61,199 nt of DNA, filler included, from 9 parts of 9 records of this genome joined end to end with filler, not necessarily neighbours in it; one strand, 5' to 3'. Counted from the whole stretch's first letter, positions 38,634 through 49,727 are shown. Numbers and translations are program-made. The notes: generated by a model from the letters alone, not told the origin.

Positions 38634-39683
38634 TCATTTGTTATAGGAATAGGGCCAGGCCAGCCAGTATTTTTTAAGTCTAAGCCATAAGCCGAAGAGT
38701 CCGCTGGGTTCAAAGATCAAAAAAACGATGATCACCAGACCGTATAGGCTCGATTGCAGGTCAGCCATGCGGCTCACCAGGAAGGGGAAGTCGTTGCCGA
38801 GCCAGTCCCTCAGAAAACGGATGGCCTCGGGCAGAGCGGTGATGAAGAGTGCCCCGAAAACTGTGCCTGCGATGGTGCCGATGCCCCCCACCAGCCCCAT
38901 GGCCAGGTATTCGATGGTCATGAGGAAGGTGAAGTGTTCGGGCCCTATGAAGGATAAGGTCACGGCGTAAAGCCCCCCTGCAATGCCGGCGTAAAAGGAG
39001 CAGGTCATAAAGGCCAGGATCTTGTATTTGGTGATATGGATGCCGATGACCTGGGCGGCCATGTCATTGTCCCGAATGGCAATGAAGGCGCGTCCCGCTT
39101 CGCTGCGAAAAAGGTTTTTTGCAAAAATCATGGAGAGGGAAGCCAGTGTCATGATGACATAGTACAGCTTCATGTCCGAGTCCATTGCCAGGCCGAAGAT
39201 GGTGGGTTCGGGAACGGTGAGGCCGCTGGTGCCGTTGGTGAGACTGTCCCAGTGGGTGATGACATATTCCACGATAAAGTAGAAGGCAAAGGTGGCGATG
39301 GCCAGGTACAGACCCCTGAGCCTCAGGCAGGGGAGCGCCAGGAGCAGACCGCAAAGGGCACTGAAGCATCCTGAAAGGGGGAGAGCCAGCCAGAAAGGCA
39401 TATTGAGCTTCAAAGTGAGCAGGGTCACACAGTAGGCCCCCAGGGCCAGAAAGGCCGAGTGGCCCAGGGATATCTGCCCGGTGTATCCCGAGAGAATGTT
39501 CAGGCCCAGGACCCCGATCACCGCAATTCCCACCAGGTTACTCATGTAAATGACGTACTTGTCGGCAAAGAGCGGCATCACCAGCAGGAAAACAAGGAAC
39601 GCCCAAAGCCAGGACTTGGCCCAGAGGGTCTGGAATATTTTCATATCTTCACTGTAACCGGTTTTAAACTGGCCGCTTGGCAT
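38634..39683 (-). CDS. LivM-type ABC transporter permease
   Basis: GLNILSGYTGQISLGH, LRLRGLYLAIAT, GRAFIAIRDN. Confidence 0.92.
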   Translation of the reverse strand: MPSGQFKTGYSEDMKIFQTLWAKSWLWAFLVFLLVMPLFADKYVIYMSNLVGIAVIGVLGLNILSGYTGQISLGHSAFLALGAYCVTLLTLKLNMPFWLALPLSGCFSALCGLLLALPCLRLRGLYLAIATFAFYFIVEYVITHWDSLTNGTSGLTVPEPTIFGLAMDSDMKLYYVIMTLASLSMIFAKNLFRSEAGRAFIAIRDNDMAAQVIGIHITKYKILAFMTCSFYAGIAGGLYAVTLSFIGPEHFTFLMTIEYLAMGLVGGIGTIAGTVFGALFITALPEAIRFLRDWLGNDFPFLVSRMADLQSSLYGLVIIVFLIFEPSGLFGLWLRLKKYWLAWPYSYNK

Positions 39684-39697
39684 GTTTCAAACTCCGC

Positions 39698-40597
39698 CTA
39701 TACCCGTATGATCTCTTCTTTTCCGAAAAGTCCGTAGGGCTTGAACATGAGCACCAGCAAAAGAACCAGAAAAGCTGAAAGTTCCTTCACGCCGGAACCG
39801 AACCATTCGGAGAGATACCCGCCCGCCAGGCTCTCGCAAAGCCCGATGACCAGCCCCCCCAAAATGGCCCCGCCGATACTTTCGATCCCCCCCAGCACCA
39901 CCGCCGGAAAGACCTTCATGCCGATGAACCCCATGTTGGGCTCCAGCCCCCCCATGAAGGCCAGGAACACGCCGCCCACCGCCGCCACCACCGACGCCAG
40001 GGCCCAGGCCAGGGAGAAGACCTTGTGCACATTGATGCCCATGAGAAAGGACCAGCGCTGATCAAAGGCCGTGGCACGGGTGGCAAGACCCATCTTGGAG
40101 TATTTGAAGAAGGCCCAAAGCATCCCCAATAGAAAAAGGGTCGCCGCCACCGTGTACACTTCCGCCGGAGAGACGGCCATGATGCCCATGTCCCAGACGG
40201 TATCCCCCCAGGGGGACGGCAGGGCCAGGTTGTCGTGTCCCCAGATAAAGCCCACCGCGCTTCGGAGCAGCGTACCCAGACCCACCGTGATCATGATCAC
40301 CGAGAAGGTGGGTTCGCCCACCATGGGGCGCAGCACCAGGAATTCCGTGACAATGCCCAAAAGGGCGGAAAACACCAGGGTGATGGCAAAGGCGGCCAGG
40401 AAGGGGATCTGGTGGGTCACCACCAGATAGTAGCAGAAGTAGGCCCCCAGCATCATGATCTCTCCCTGGGCGAAATTCACCACCTTTGTGGCCTTGTAGA
40501 TCACCACAAACCCCAGAGCGATGAGTCCGTAGATGCTGCCGGCGATGATGCCGCTTAAGACCAGCTGGCTCAGGATGGTCAGTTCCATGCTATCCAT
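39698..40597 (-). CDS. LivH-type ABC transporter permease
   Basis: YGLIALGFVVIYKATKVVNFAQGE, KPYGLFG. Confidence 0.92.
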   Translation of the reverse strand: MDSMELTILSQLVLSGIIAGSIYGLIALGFVVIYKATKVVNFAQGEIMMLGAYFCYYLVVTHQIPFLAAFAITLVFSALLGIVTEFLVLRPMVGEPTFSVIMITVGLGTLLRSAVGFIWGHDNLALPSPWGDTVWDMGIMAVSPAEVYTVAATLFLLGMLWAFFKYSKMGLATRATAFDQRWSFLMGINVHKVFSLAWALASVVAAVGGVFLAFMGGLEPNMGFIGMKVFPAVVLGGIESIGGAILGGLVIGLCESLAGGYLSEWFGSGVKELSAFLVLLLVLMFKPYGLFGKEEIIRV

Positions 40598-40650
40598 GGT
40601 TTAGGCCTTTTGGCCCGAACCGGAGCCTTTCCGGCCGGGCCCCATAGGGT

Positions 40651-41856
40651 TTACTCCTTGATGTACGTCCAGTCGGTGAGGACATTGAAACGCATATTTT
40701 TCGCGTCGCCTTGGGTCATGCGGGCATAACCCGGGGTATCGTGGGATTGGGCCGAGTAGGAGACCGGGCCCATGAGGCCTTCCGGGTCAAAGTCCTTGAT
40801 GCTCTCCATGGCTTTTACCAGGCCGTCCCGGGTGAGATTCCTGCCCGCTTTTTTAAGGCCTTCTGCAAAGATCATGGCGTTTATCCAGCCGTAGACATAG
40901 TAGGGATGAATCTTCTGAGCGGCCGGCATCCATTTGTCGCCAAAATATTTTTTGGAAGCCGCGATCAGTTTTTTCATGCCGGGAACATCCTCGCCGGGCA
41001 TGGCGAAAATGTTCACCACCAGCATGTCGGCCCCTAGAGGGCCGGAGAGCTTCAAGATGGGAACAAAGCCCAGGGTGTTACTGGCAATGAAGGTGGATTT
41101 GAATTTCAGTTTGGCCGCGGTCTGCAAAAACACGGCGCCCGACTTGATGGCGGACGCCACGATGACCACATCGGGTTTGGCCTTCATCATGTTGATCACC
41201 TGGCTTTTGAACTCAACGGCGTTGTATTTATAGGTCTGCACCGTAAAATCGGGCAGACTATATTTTTTCTTGGCGATTTCCAAGCCCTTTATGTGGTCTT
41301 TTCCCCAGTCATCGTCCTGGCAGAAAATACCGATTTTGGGATTTTCAATTTTGAGGGTGTTCAACACGTATTCCACGATGAAAAGGGACTGGTCCACATA
41401 GTTGGTGCCCGCGGCGAACACGTATTTTTTGAGCGGATCGTATATGGAGGTGGCCAGAGAGCAGGCCGGGGCGATGGGGATCTTCTCCTTCTGGGCCAGG
41501 GGTATCATGGCGCTGGTGGGGGCCGTGCCCCAGGGGGAGACAAAGGCGAAGACGCCGTCCTTGGCCATGAGCTTCTTGGCCGCCGCAACGGCCCGGGCCG
41601 GAGAATAGGCGCAGTCTTCCACGATGACCTTCACCTTGCGGCCGTGGATGCCGCCAGTCTCATTGACTTGTTTAAAATAGGAGACAATGGCATCGGCCAT
41701 GCCCACCCCCCCGATGGCGGTGGGGCCGGTGAGGTCGCTCACCACGCCGATTTTCACTTCCGTATCCGTGACACCTTCCTCGGCAAGGGCGGCTCCTGCC
41801 GGTATGATCAGGCACAGGGACAACACAAAGCTTAGAAACAGTTTTCTCTTTCTCAT
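40651..41856 (-). CDS. Liv-type ABC substrate-binding protein
   Basis: Signal peptide, GVTDTEVKIG, DLTGP, GGIHGRK; SD AAGGAGG. Confidence 0.9.
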   Translation of the reverse strand: MRKRKLFLSFVLSLCLIIPAGAALAEEGVTDTEVKIGVVSDLTGPTAIGGVGMADAIVSYFKQVNETGGIHGRKVKVIVEDCAYSPARAVAAAKKLMAKDGVFAFVSPWGTAPTSAMIPLAQKEKIPIAPACSLATSIYDPLKKYVFAAGTNYVDQSLFIVEYVLNTLKIENPKIGIFCQDDDWGKDHIKGLEIAKKKYSLPDFTVQTYKYNAVEFKSQVINMMKAKPDVVIVASAIKSGAVFLQTAAKLKFKSTFIASNTLGFVPILKLSGPLGADMLVVNIFAMPGEDVPGMKKLIAASKKYFGDKWMPAAQKIHPYYVYGWINAMIFAEGLKKAGRNLTRDGLVKAMESIKDFDPEGLMGPVSYSAQSHDTPGYARMTQGDAKNMRFNVLTDWTYIKE

Positions 41857-41935
41857 TTTTCCCTCCTTTTTGGTTGGTTGGCGAGTTTTCCCCATAATGG
41901 TCAAAGCGGTAATCGGCTGCCATTTCTTAGCACCT

Positions 41936-43759
41936 CTACCGCAAATACATTTTGTTGATCAAATCCTTGAACCGTTCCGCAACTGCCGTCCTTCTCACCT
42001 TCATGGTGGCGGTGAGTTCGTCGTCGTCGTGATCCAGTTCCTTGTCCAGCAGGGTGAATTTCTTGATGGTCTCCACCTGACTGAACTCACGGTTGCACTG
42101 ATCCACCTCCTTTTTCACCAATTCCCGAACCTCTTTTTGTCGGGAGAGGCTCTTAAAGGTGGTAAAGGGGATGCCCCGGTCGGTGGCCCATTTGCCGACG
42201 GTCTCCATCTCCACCTGGATCAGGGCCGTAAGATAAGGACGGGCGTCTCCGATCACAATCACTTCGTTGATATAGGGGCTCACCTTGAGCCGGTTCTCCA
42301 TCTCCGACGGGGCGATGTTCTTGCCGCCGCTGGTGATGAGGATGTCTTTCTTGCGGTCGGTGATATAAAGCCTCCCGTCTTGGTCAAACTCCCCCACGTC
42401 GCCCGTGTGGAGCCAGCCGTCCACCACGGCGGCCCGGGTGGCGGCCTCATCCTTATAATAACCGGCGAAAAGGGTCTCCCCTTTCAGCAGTATCTCCCCG
42501 TCGCCTGCCAGTTTGCAGTCCACCCCCGGAAGCGGCATCCCCACCGAGCCCATATGGATGTCATCCCCCGGCTGGTAGTGGCTCACCCCCGTGACCTCGG
42601 TCTGGCCGTAGACCTGGGCGATTTTAAGACCCAGCACCCGGAAAAATTTCAGGACCTCCGGCGAGATGGGCGCAGCCCCGCTGAGCGCCAACCGCACCCT
42701 TAAAAGCCCCAGTTTGTCCAGAACCGTTCGATACAACAATAAGCGGCCCAGTCTCTTGAGCAGCGCATCAAAGGGTCCGGGCAGGCCCTTAACCTCCCGC
42801 TTCAACACCCTTTCACCCACGGACATCCACAGACCGAACATATGCCGTTTAAGGTTTGAAGCATCCTGGATATTCATCAGAATGGAGGCTTGCATCTTTT
42901 CCCAGATGCGGGGCACACCCACAAAAACGGTGGGTGATATCTCGTAGAGGCTCTCATTCACGGTGGCCACGCTTTCGGTGAAATTGGCCGTATACCCGAA
43001 ATTCAAGCCCTGTACCAGGGTCATGAGCCGCTCGGCCACATGGCACAGGGGGAGATAGCTGACGATCTGGTCGTCCCGGTCCATGGGAAGGATCCGTTGA
43101 AACTGTTGGCAGATGCTGATGAGATTATTATGGGTGAGCATGGCCCCTTTGGGCGGGCCGGTGGTGCCCGAGGTGTAGACCATGAGGGCCACATCCCCGG
43201 GCCGGGTGGCCGTGACCAACGCCCCGTAACGGGTTTTTTTCTCACGGCTCAGCCGCATACCGCGCTTTTCCACCTCCCGGTATGGGATGATCATGGGGTC
43301 TCGGTAATTTTTAAGGCCCTTCATATCAATGACCACGATTTTTTTGAGCCTGGGCAGCGACCCCTTAACCTCCAGGATCTTGTCCGTCTGCTCCTGGTCC
43401 TTGGCCACGGCCATCACCGCGTCCGAATGCCCCATAACATAGGCCACCTGTCTCGCGGGACTGGTGGCATATACCCCCACCCCCACCGCTCCCAGGGCCT
43501 GGGCCGCCAGATCGGCATAGATCCATTCCCGGCAGTTGTCCCCGATGATGGCCAGGTGGTCGCCGCGCTTGAGTCCCATCTCTTCAAGGCCCAGGCAGAA
43601 ATACATGACCCGCTCCTGGTACTCACGCCAGGAGACCTCCTGCCATATCCCCAGGTCCTTCTCGCGCAACCCCACGCGCTCACCCAAATCCCTGGCGTTT
43701 TTGGCCAGAAGGCCGGGAAGGGTTTGGGGGTATTCAGTTTTGGTTTTGGTGTTGTTCAT
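41936..43759 (-). CDS. Long-chain acyl-CoA synthetase (AMP-forming)
   Basis: YTSGTTGPPKG, YLPLCHVAE, YGQTE, GWLHTGDVG, DRKKD, ELTATMKVRR. Confidence 0.93.
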   Translation of the reverse strand: MNNTKTKTEYPQTLPGLLAKNARDLGERVGLREKDLGIWQEVSWREYQERVMYFCLGLEEMGLKRGDHLAIIGDNCREWIYADLAAQALGAVGVGVYATSPARQVAYVMGHSDAVMAVAKDQEQTDKILEVKGSLPRLKKIVVIDMKGLKNYRDPMIIPYREVEKRGMRLSREKKTRYGALVTATRPGDVALMVYTSGTTGPPKGAMLTHNNLISICQQFQRILPMDRDDQIVSYLPLCHVAERLMTLVQGLNFGYTANFTESVATVNESLYEISPTVFVGVPRIWEKMQASILMNIQDASNLKRHMFGLWMSVGERVLKREVKGLPGPFDALLKRLGRLLLYRTVLDKLGLLRVRLALSGAAPISPEVLKFFRVLGLKIAQVYGQTEVTGVSHYQPGDDIHMGSVGMPLPGVDCKLAGDGEILLKGETLFAGYYKDEAATRAAVVDGWLHTGDVGEFDQDGRLYITDRKKDILITSGGKNIAPSEMENRLKVSPYINEVIVIGDARPYLTALIQVEMETVGKWATDRGIPFTTFKSLSRQKEVRELVKKEVDQCNREFSQVETIKKFTLLDKELDHDDDELTATMKVRRTAVAERFKDLINKMYLR

Positions 43760-43841
43760 GTCACTGCAAAAGCGGCATCCATTGAAAATGCCATGCGGTA
43801 AAATAGATGGATCATCGCGGATTAACGTGAAAACTACCCCG

Positions 43842-43941
43842 NNNNNNNNNNNNNNNNNNNNNNNNNNNNNNNNNNNNNNNNNNNNTTAATTAATTAANNN
43901 NNNNNNNNNNNNNNNNNNNNNNNNNNNNNNNNNNNNNNNNN
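43842..43941. other. Artificial contig linker
   Basis: N-run around TTAATTAATTAA. Confidence 0.99.
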
Positions 43942-44378
43942 CCGGCTTCGAAGTAGCGCCTGCGGTCGAAAGCATCGTCAAACTCCAGGGCTTCGAGCTT
44001 CTCCAGGGTGTCGGTGTCCCAGCCGATGAACTCGGGCATGGGACAGTCGAACTTCTTGCGCATGATCGCATCGAACCCGGTCTTGACCACCACCTCCTCG
44101 CTCGTCTCGGAGAGGATCTCGAACGAACGGATGTGGGGGTCCATGTTCGGGACAGTCACAATCCAATCCAGGTCGTAATGGTAGTAGGGATCCGCATCGT
44201 CAGGCAGGCCAAGCTCCCGGCGCCATCGTTCTTTGAAGTTGCCCCAGAAAAAATCGCTGATCGGAACACGATCGGGCTCCTCGTGGTTGAGGGCCTTGGT
44301 CAGACGCTCGAGTTTCTTCAGCGTATTCGCCGACCGTTCGCCCGCGGCTGGCGCCGGCTGTACATCAAACATGCCCAT
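43942..44378 (-). CDS. UroD/MtaA-superfamily protein, N-terminal fragment
   Basis: ERLTKALNHEEPDRVP is a typical N-terminus for the family; truncated. Confidence 0.65.
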
Positions 44379-44487
44379 GCGAGTAATCCTTACTTTGGCT
44401 GAAGTTGCGTTTCAGCGAGCCGCCAGGACCAAGGCGTGCCCACATGACGTTCGGAGACGAGTTCCAAAGAAATCACAACAAATCTCG

Positions 44488-45756
44488 TCAGCAGTCTACA
44501 GGAAGTCCCTGTTGCTCGGCAAAGTCTTCCGTAACTTCCGAGGCCATTTGTGACCATTCCCAGAGGCGGTGCGGCTGGTTCAGGACGGTCGAAAGGTCCT
44601 TGGCGATAATCTCCACACAACAACCTTCCAGTTTCGCCAGCGCCGTCTGAAGATCTGCTTTGGCCCTGGCCAGGTCCCATTCCTTCTCCGCAAAGATCGC
44701 CGGATTCGGCTTGTATGAGACCACGTACCTGCCCCGCATCTGCTCGGCCGCCTTATCCAGATCGGCCCAGGGACTAATGGATATCTTGCGCAGCTTGGGC
44801 ACGTCTTTCAGGATATCGAGCTTGTGATGCAGAGGCTCGCAACAGCCATAGTAGTTCAGTCCGAAGCGCTCCATCCACCGAATCTCATACTGCACGGCAA
44901 ATTCCGCGTGCATCTTGGGCGAAACCTCGGAGAAGATCTGAGCGGCGGCATTGCCCCACAGGTCAAGCGGGCGAATCTGCCGGCCGTCGTGGTCGCCCGC
45001 GGGCAACTCGTCGCTGTATCCATAGGCACCGGAGCCAACGCGATGATTGTCGTTATTCAGCGACAACACATTTAGTTCGACGTACTGATCCAAGCGAACC
45101 AGATAAGCCGCGACCAGTCTTGCCATGACGTCATGCACCATCTGGGGTCGCAAGACCAGGTCCATCATGGCCTCCTGGACGCCCCACCAGCGGATCAGCT
45201 CATCCCACGGCGCGAACCATATGTGCGGCACCCCCCGCTTCCTGACGGGAATTATGTCACCGACGGCGTCGCTGATGGCGTGAAACCGAGCCTCTGTTGC
45301 TTCCGTATCGTGCGTGACAACCGGATCTTTGATCTTGTCGACATCCGCGGGATGCTTGATCTGAGCAATGAAACCGTGCGAATAGATCGTCCCTTCATTG
45401 GTGTGTCGCTCTTCGCTGACTTCGGCGATGCCGAATCCCGTGTCACTGACGGCCATGGGACACTCGATCCAATTCTCCACCACGTTGTCCAGGGGCATGT
45501 GTTCCCACTGGTATATCTCCTTGCGGAGCTTCTGCTCGATGAAACCGGCGAACGGATGCTCGCACTGGCACTGCTCATAGATGCCGATCTCGTGCCAGGG
45601 ACGTTCGTTCATCCACAACATGGGCTTCGTGACTTCCAACCGATTCATCCGGGTCCACAAGCCACGTTTTCGGGCGTGACTCGGTAGCGAGGCAATCTCC
45701 GCCTTCTTGGAGGCCAGCGCCCGCAACGTCTCTTTGTCCTTCCCGGAGAATTCCAT
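44488..45756 (-). CDS. UroD/MetE-like superfamily protein of unknown function
   Basis: WWGVQEAMMDLVLRPQMVH, VSPKMHAEF, YYGCCEPLH, LRKISISPWAD. Confidence 0.65.
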   Translation of the reverse strand: MEFSGKDKETLRALASKKAEIASLPSHARKRGLWTRMNRLEVTKPMLWMNERPWHEIGIYEQCQCEHPFAGFIEQKLRKEIYQWEHMPLDNVVENWIECPMAVSDTGFGIAEVSEERHTNEGTIYSHGFIAQIKHPADVDKIKDPVVTHDTEATEARFHAISDAVGDIIPVRKRGVPHIWFAPWDELIRWWGVQEAMMDLVLRPQMVHDVMARLVAAYLVRLDQYVELNVLSLNNDNHRVGSGAYGYSDELPAGDHDGRQIRPLDLWGNAAAQIFSEVSPKMHAEFAVQYEIRWMERFGLNYYGCCEPLHHKLDILKDVPKLRKISISPWADLDKAAEQMRGRYVVSYKPNPAIFAEKEWDLARAKADLQTALAKLEGCCVEIIAKDLSTVLNQPHRLWEWSQMASEVTEDFAEQQGLPVDC

Positions 45757-46124
45757 CACGGCCCTTTCACATCGCACCATGCTGTGTCCGAAGGCATCCC
45801 TGTCCTTCGTCAGTTCTCACGCTTTTTCGACCTGAGGCACTGCAAGCCAATCGCATTCCACGTCTTCTGATCGCTTGCCTGTACGTGAAAGCCCGAACGC
45901 TTGCCGGTCGGACTGCCCCGTACCTCCACATCGTACCGTCCGGACTCCACTAGTTCAAACTTCCAGAACCACTGACGGGGACAATTGTGGCTCGTTTCTC
46001 GTTATTGGGTATAATCAGTCTTATCGGCGGAATTAAGAACGCTGCGCCGATTCAGTTTTGGAGTGCCACAGGCGGTCTCTAAATCGTGGGTGGTCCACGA
46101 TTCCTGCGCGGAAGGAGTAGTGTT

Positions 46125-47648
46125 ATGCAGAGGATGTTCAACGTCGTTGGGTGGACTGTTTTGTTGGTGTGCGCCTGGATGGGGTGCCAAACGGCCTTGG
46201 CTCAGATTGAACAAACAGCCCAGATCCTGCCCACCCCGGGTCAGGTCCCCCCACTTCCTCCACGCCTGCCTCAAAGCATTCCTGCCTTTCCCGGGGCCTG
46301 GGGTGGGGGCATGTTCGCCACGGGCGGTCGAGGCGGCCAAGTGCTGGAAGTGACCAATCTCAACGACAGCGGTCCGGGCAGCTTCCGAGCGGCCATCGGA
46401 GCCCAGGGACCGCGCATCGTGGTCTTTCGCGTAGCGGGCATCATCCAACTGGACTCCAACATCGACATCGATAACCCGAATATCACCATTGCGGGCCAGT
46501 CTGCCCCCGGTGACGGCATTTGCCTGGCCAACCATTCCTTGAACATCAATACCCGGAACGTGATACTGCGCCATATGCGTGTTCGACGCGGGCGTCCGGA
46601 GGGCGGCCAGGGCTCGGACAACATTGGCGGCAATCCGGAGGGCCAGATTATCGTCGACCATTGTTCCACCAGTTGGGGCATGGACGAGAATCTATCCCTC
46701 TATCGCTACATGAAACCCATGCCGGATGGCAGCCGTCTGAAAATGCCGGTCATGAATCTGACTGTGCAGTACTGTATTTCCAGCGAGGCCCTCAATGCCA
46801 AGAACCACGCCTTTGGCGGAACCTGGGGTGGCGAGGACACGACCTTCCACCACAATTTGTTTGCCTGTAACACGGGTCGCAATCCCTCCATCGGCATGGG
46901 GGGGGAGTTCGACTACCGCAATAACGTCATCTTCAACTGGCGTCACCGTACCATGGACGGGGGTGATGAAACGTCGCTCATGAATGTGATCAACAACTAC
47001 TACAAACCCGGTCCGGCGACGAACAGCAATATGGCCAGCATCATCGCCCGCATCGAAGAACGCGATATGTACTCACCCGGCAGACGTTTAGAACCCGGCC
47101 ATTGGTATCCGGACATGGGCAAGCGTCCCGGCAAATGGTACGTTGCAGGCAACATCGTCGAAGGACACCCCGATGTCACCGCCGACAATTGGAAAGGTAT
47201 GCGAGGGCCCGAGCCGATCGCCCGCGTCAACACGCCCTTCGAGGGCTGGCCGGTCAAACAGGAGACTGCCCTGGATGCTCTTCGCACGGTACTGGCCCAG
47301 GCCGGCGCCACCCTACCCAAACGTGATGCCGTAGACATACGTGTCACGGAGATGGTCCGAACCGGCAAGGTCGGCACGGAAAACGGCATTGTCAACGATC
47401 CCAAGGAAGTGGGCGGTTACCCTGAGTACAGTTTCTCTCCGGAGGATGTACCGGTCGACACTGACCATGACGGCATGCCCGATGCCTGGGAGGCACAGTT
47501 CAAACTGAATCCCAACCTGGCCGATGACGGTCGCCTGGACTCCGACAACGATGGCTACACCAATGCGGAAGAGTATCTCAATGGTACCGACCCCCTCGAG
47601 AAGATCGACTACACCAATCTCGGCAACAATGTCGACACGATTAGCTAA
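46125..47648 (+). CDS. Secreted pectate lyase (PL1-like)
   Basis: PAFPGAWGGG, TGGRGG, GPGSFRAAI, TIAGQSAPGDG, DHCSTSWGMDE, RNP, DTDHDGMPDAWE; SD AAGGAG. Confidence 0.88.
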   Translation: MQRMFNVVGWTVLLVCAWMGCQTALAQIEQTAQILPTPGQVPPLPPRLPQSIPAFPGAWGGGMFATGGRGGQVLEVTNLNDSGPGSFRAAIGAQGPRIVVFRVAGIIQLDSNIDIDNPNITIAGQSAPGDGICLANHSLNINTRNVILRHMRVRRGRPEGGQGSDNIGGNPEGQIIVDHCSTSWGMDENLSLYRYMKPMPDGSRLKMPVMNLTVQYCISSEALNAKNHAFGGTWGGEDTTFHHNLFACNTGRNPSIGMGGEFDYRNNVIFNWRHRTMDGGDETSLMNVINNYYKPGPATNSNMASIIARIEERDMYSPGRRLEPGHWYPDMGKRPGKWYVAGNIVEGHPDVTADNWKGMRGPEPIARVNTPFEGWPVKQETALDALRTVLAQAGATLPKRDAVDIRVTEMVRTGKVGTENGIVNDPKEVGGYPEYSFSPEDVPVDTDHDGMPDAWEAQFKLNPNLADDGRLDSDNDGYTNAEEYLNGTDPLEKIDYTNLGNNVDTIS

Positions 47649-47660
47649 CAGGGAGACAGC

Positions 47661-49452
47661 ATGAAAATCGCTATGTTGGTGACGCTCATACTGTGGCTGG
47701 TCACCCCTGGCCAGGCCGGGATTGAAGTTCAAGGCGAAACCTCGCCCCGCATCCAATATGCTGTGGAGCAACTCAACCAGGCTCTGGCGGGCATATCCCA
47801 GCGTGCAAGCTCACCGCGCATCATCCTGAGCAGCGACGGACTGGAAACGGTTGAGGGCGACCGTTCCCCCGAGGGCTATCACCTGTTCCGTCAGACCGAT
47901 GGCGCCTACCGCGTCCAGGGCTTCGGGGATTCGGGCACGCTCTACGGGGCCCTGGAATTGGCCAGGCGTGTGACCGAGACCGGTGAACTGCCTGCCACGT
48001 TGGATGTGACCGAGGTCCCGGCCTTTCGCTTGCGAGGGCCCTGCATTGGCATGCAATTGACCTCCATTCTGCCGGGACGCGACACCTACGAGTATCCCTA
48101 TACGCCGGAGAATTTCCCCTTCTTCTACGATAAGGATCAGTGGATTGCGTATCTGGATTTCCTGGTGGCCAACCGCATGAACACCCTGTATCTGTGGAAT
48201 GGCCATCCCTTTGCCTCCCTCGTCAAGCTCGAAGAGTATCCCTATGCCTTGGAGGTTTCGGAAGAGGTGTATCAGCGCAATGTGGAGATGTTCCGCATGC
48301 TGACCGAAGAAGCGGACAAGCGCGGTATCTGGGTCATTCAGATGTTCTACAATATCTTCGTGTCCCAACCTTTTGCCAAACACCATGGCATTGAAACCCA
48401 GCATGCTGCTCCCACCGAACTGATTTCAGACTACACACGCAAGTCCATTGCCAAGTTCGTCGAGATGTATCCCAATGTGGGCCTGCTGGTCTGTTTGGGC
48501 GAAGCCCTCAGAGGCCAAGCCAACCAGGAAGCCTGGATGAATGACACGGTCATCCCCGGCGTCAAGGATGCCATGGCCAAACTCGGCCAGACCGAGGAGC
48601 CGCCGATTGTGGTGCGGGCCCATTCCGTGGGTGATGTCAAAGCCATGACAGAATCGGCACTGAAACACTACACCAACCTCTATACCATGGCCAAGTACAA
48701 TGGCGAGTCTTTGACCTCCTATGAACCGCGAGGCGAGTGGCAACAGGTGCATCTGGACATGAGCCGTCTGGGGTCAACCCACGTGGCCAATGTGCATTTG
48801 TTGTCCAACCTGGAGCCGTTTCGCTATGGGGCCCAGGACTTCATTCGTCGCTGCGTACTGGCCTGCCGCGATCGACTGGGTGCTCAAGGCGTTCATCTGT
48901 ATCCCCTGGCCTATTGGGACTGGCCCAATTCGCCGGACAAGACCAATCCCTATTTGAAGCAATATGACCGCGACTGGATCTGGTTTGAGGCCTGGGCCCG
49001 CTATCTATGGCAGCCGGACCGTGACCTGGCCACGGAACAGCAATACTGGGTGACACGGTTGGCCGGACAATTCGGAAACACCCAGGCGGCAGAGCTGATC
49101 CTCGAAGCCTACAACGAATCCGGCTACTGCGCCCCCCTGTTGTTGCGGCGTCTCGGCATCACCGAAGGCAATCGCCAAACCCTGTCTCTGGGCATGTTCC
49201 TGGACCAATTGGTCAATCCGGGTCCCTATCGCCCCTTTAGCGGGCTCTGGAAATGGCAGGCCCCTCCTGGCGAGCGTCTGGAGGAATACGCCAAGAAGAC
49301 TTGGGCGGGCCAGGCACACGAAGGCGAGACCCCGGTCACCGTCATTGAAGAGACCACCCGTCGAGCGGAACTGGCCGTCAATGCGATTGAGAAAGCCGCC
49401 CCCCTCGTAACACGTAACCGGGATGAATTTGCACGACTGCGCAATGACATGC
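47661..49452 (+). CDS. GH138-like alpha-galacturonidase, 3'-truncated
   Basis: Signal peptide, GH20-like N-domain (GTLYGALEL), and YEYPYTPENFPFFYD, LYLWNGHPFASLVKL, YPNVGLLVCLGEA, recognised from memory of the family. Confidence 0.72.
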
Positions 49453-49552
49453 NNNNNNNNNNNNNNNNNNNNNNNNNNNNNNNNNNNNNNNNNNNNTTAA
49501 TTAATTAANNNNNNNNNNNNNNNNNNNNNNNNNNNNNNNNNNNNNNNNNNNN
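49453..49552. other. Artificial contig linker
   Basis: N-run around TTAATTAATTAA. Confidence 0.99.
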
Positions 49553-49553
49553 A

Positions 49554-49727
49554 GAATCACGGCCTTCAAAGAAAGTACTTGGAGATTACGTATTTTACAT
49601 CGACTTTGAAGGAAATTTAAATGACGATATTATAAAACAAACGTTATATAATATTGGACCAAAAGTAGGGATGCTAAAGATGCTTGGTTCGTATCCAAAA
49701 TTCGATTCTTACTGCGAGTCTAATTAG
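49554..49727 (+). CDS. pheA: Prephenate dehydratase C-terminal ACT fragment (not in the ORF track)
   Basis: Manual translation gives ESRPSKKVLGDYVFYIDFEG...LKMLGSYP. Confidence 0.85.
   Translation, partial: ESRPSKKVLGDYVFYIDFEGNLNDDIIKQTLYNIGPKVGMLKMLGSYPKFDSYCESN

Noticed and set aside
49725..49727. TAG as pyrrolysine read-through in the methanogen-like contig
   Set aside because: It falls just after the normal LGSYP end of PheA, and an in-frame TAA follows within a few codons.
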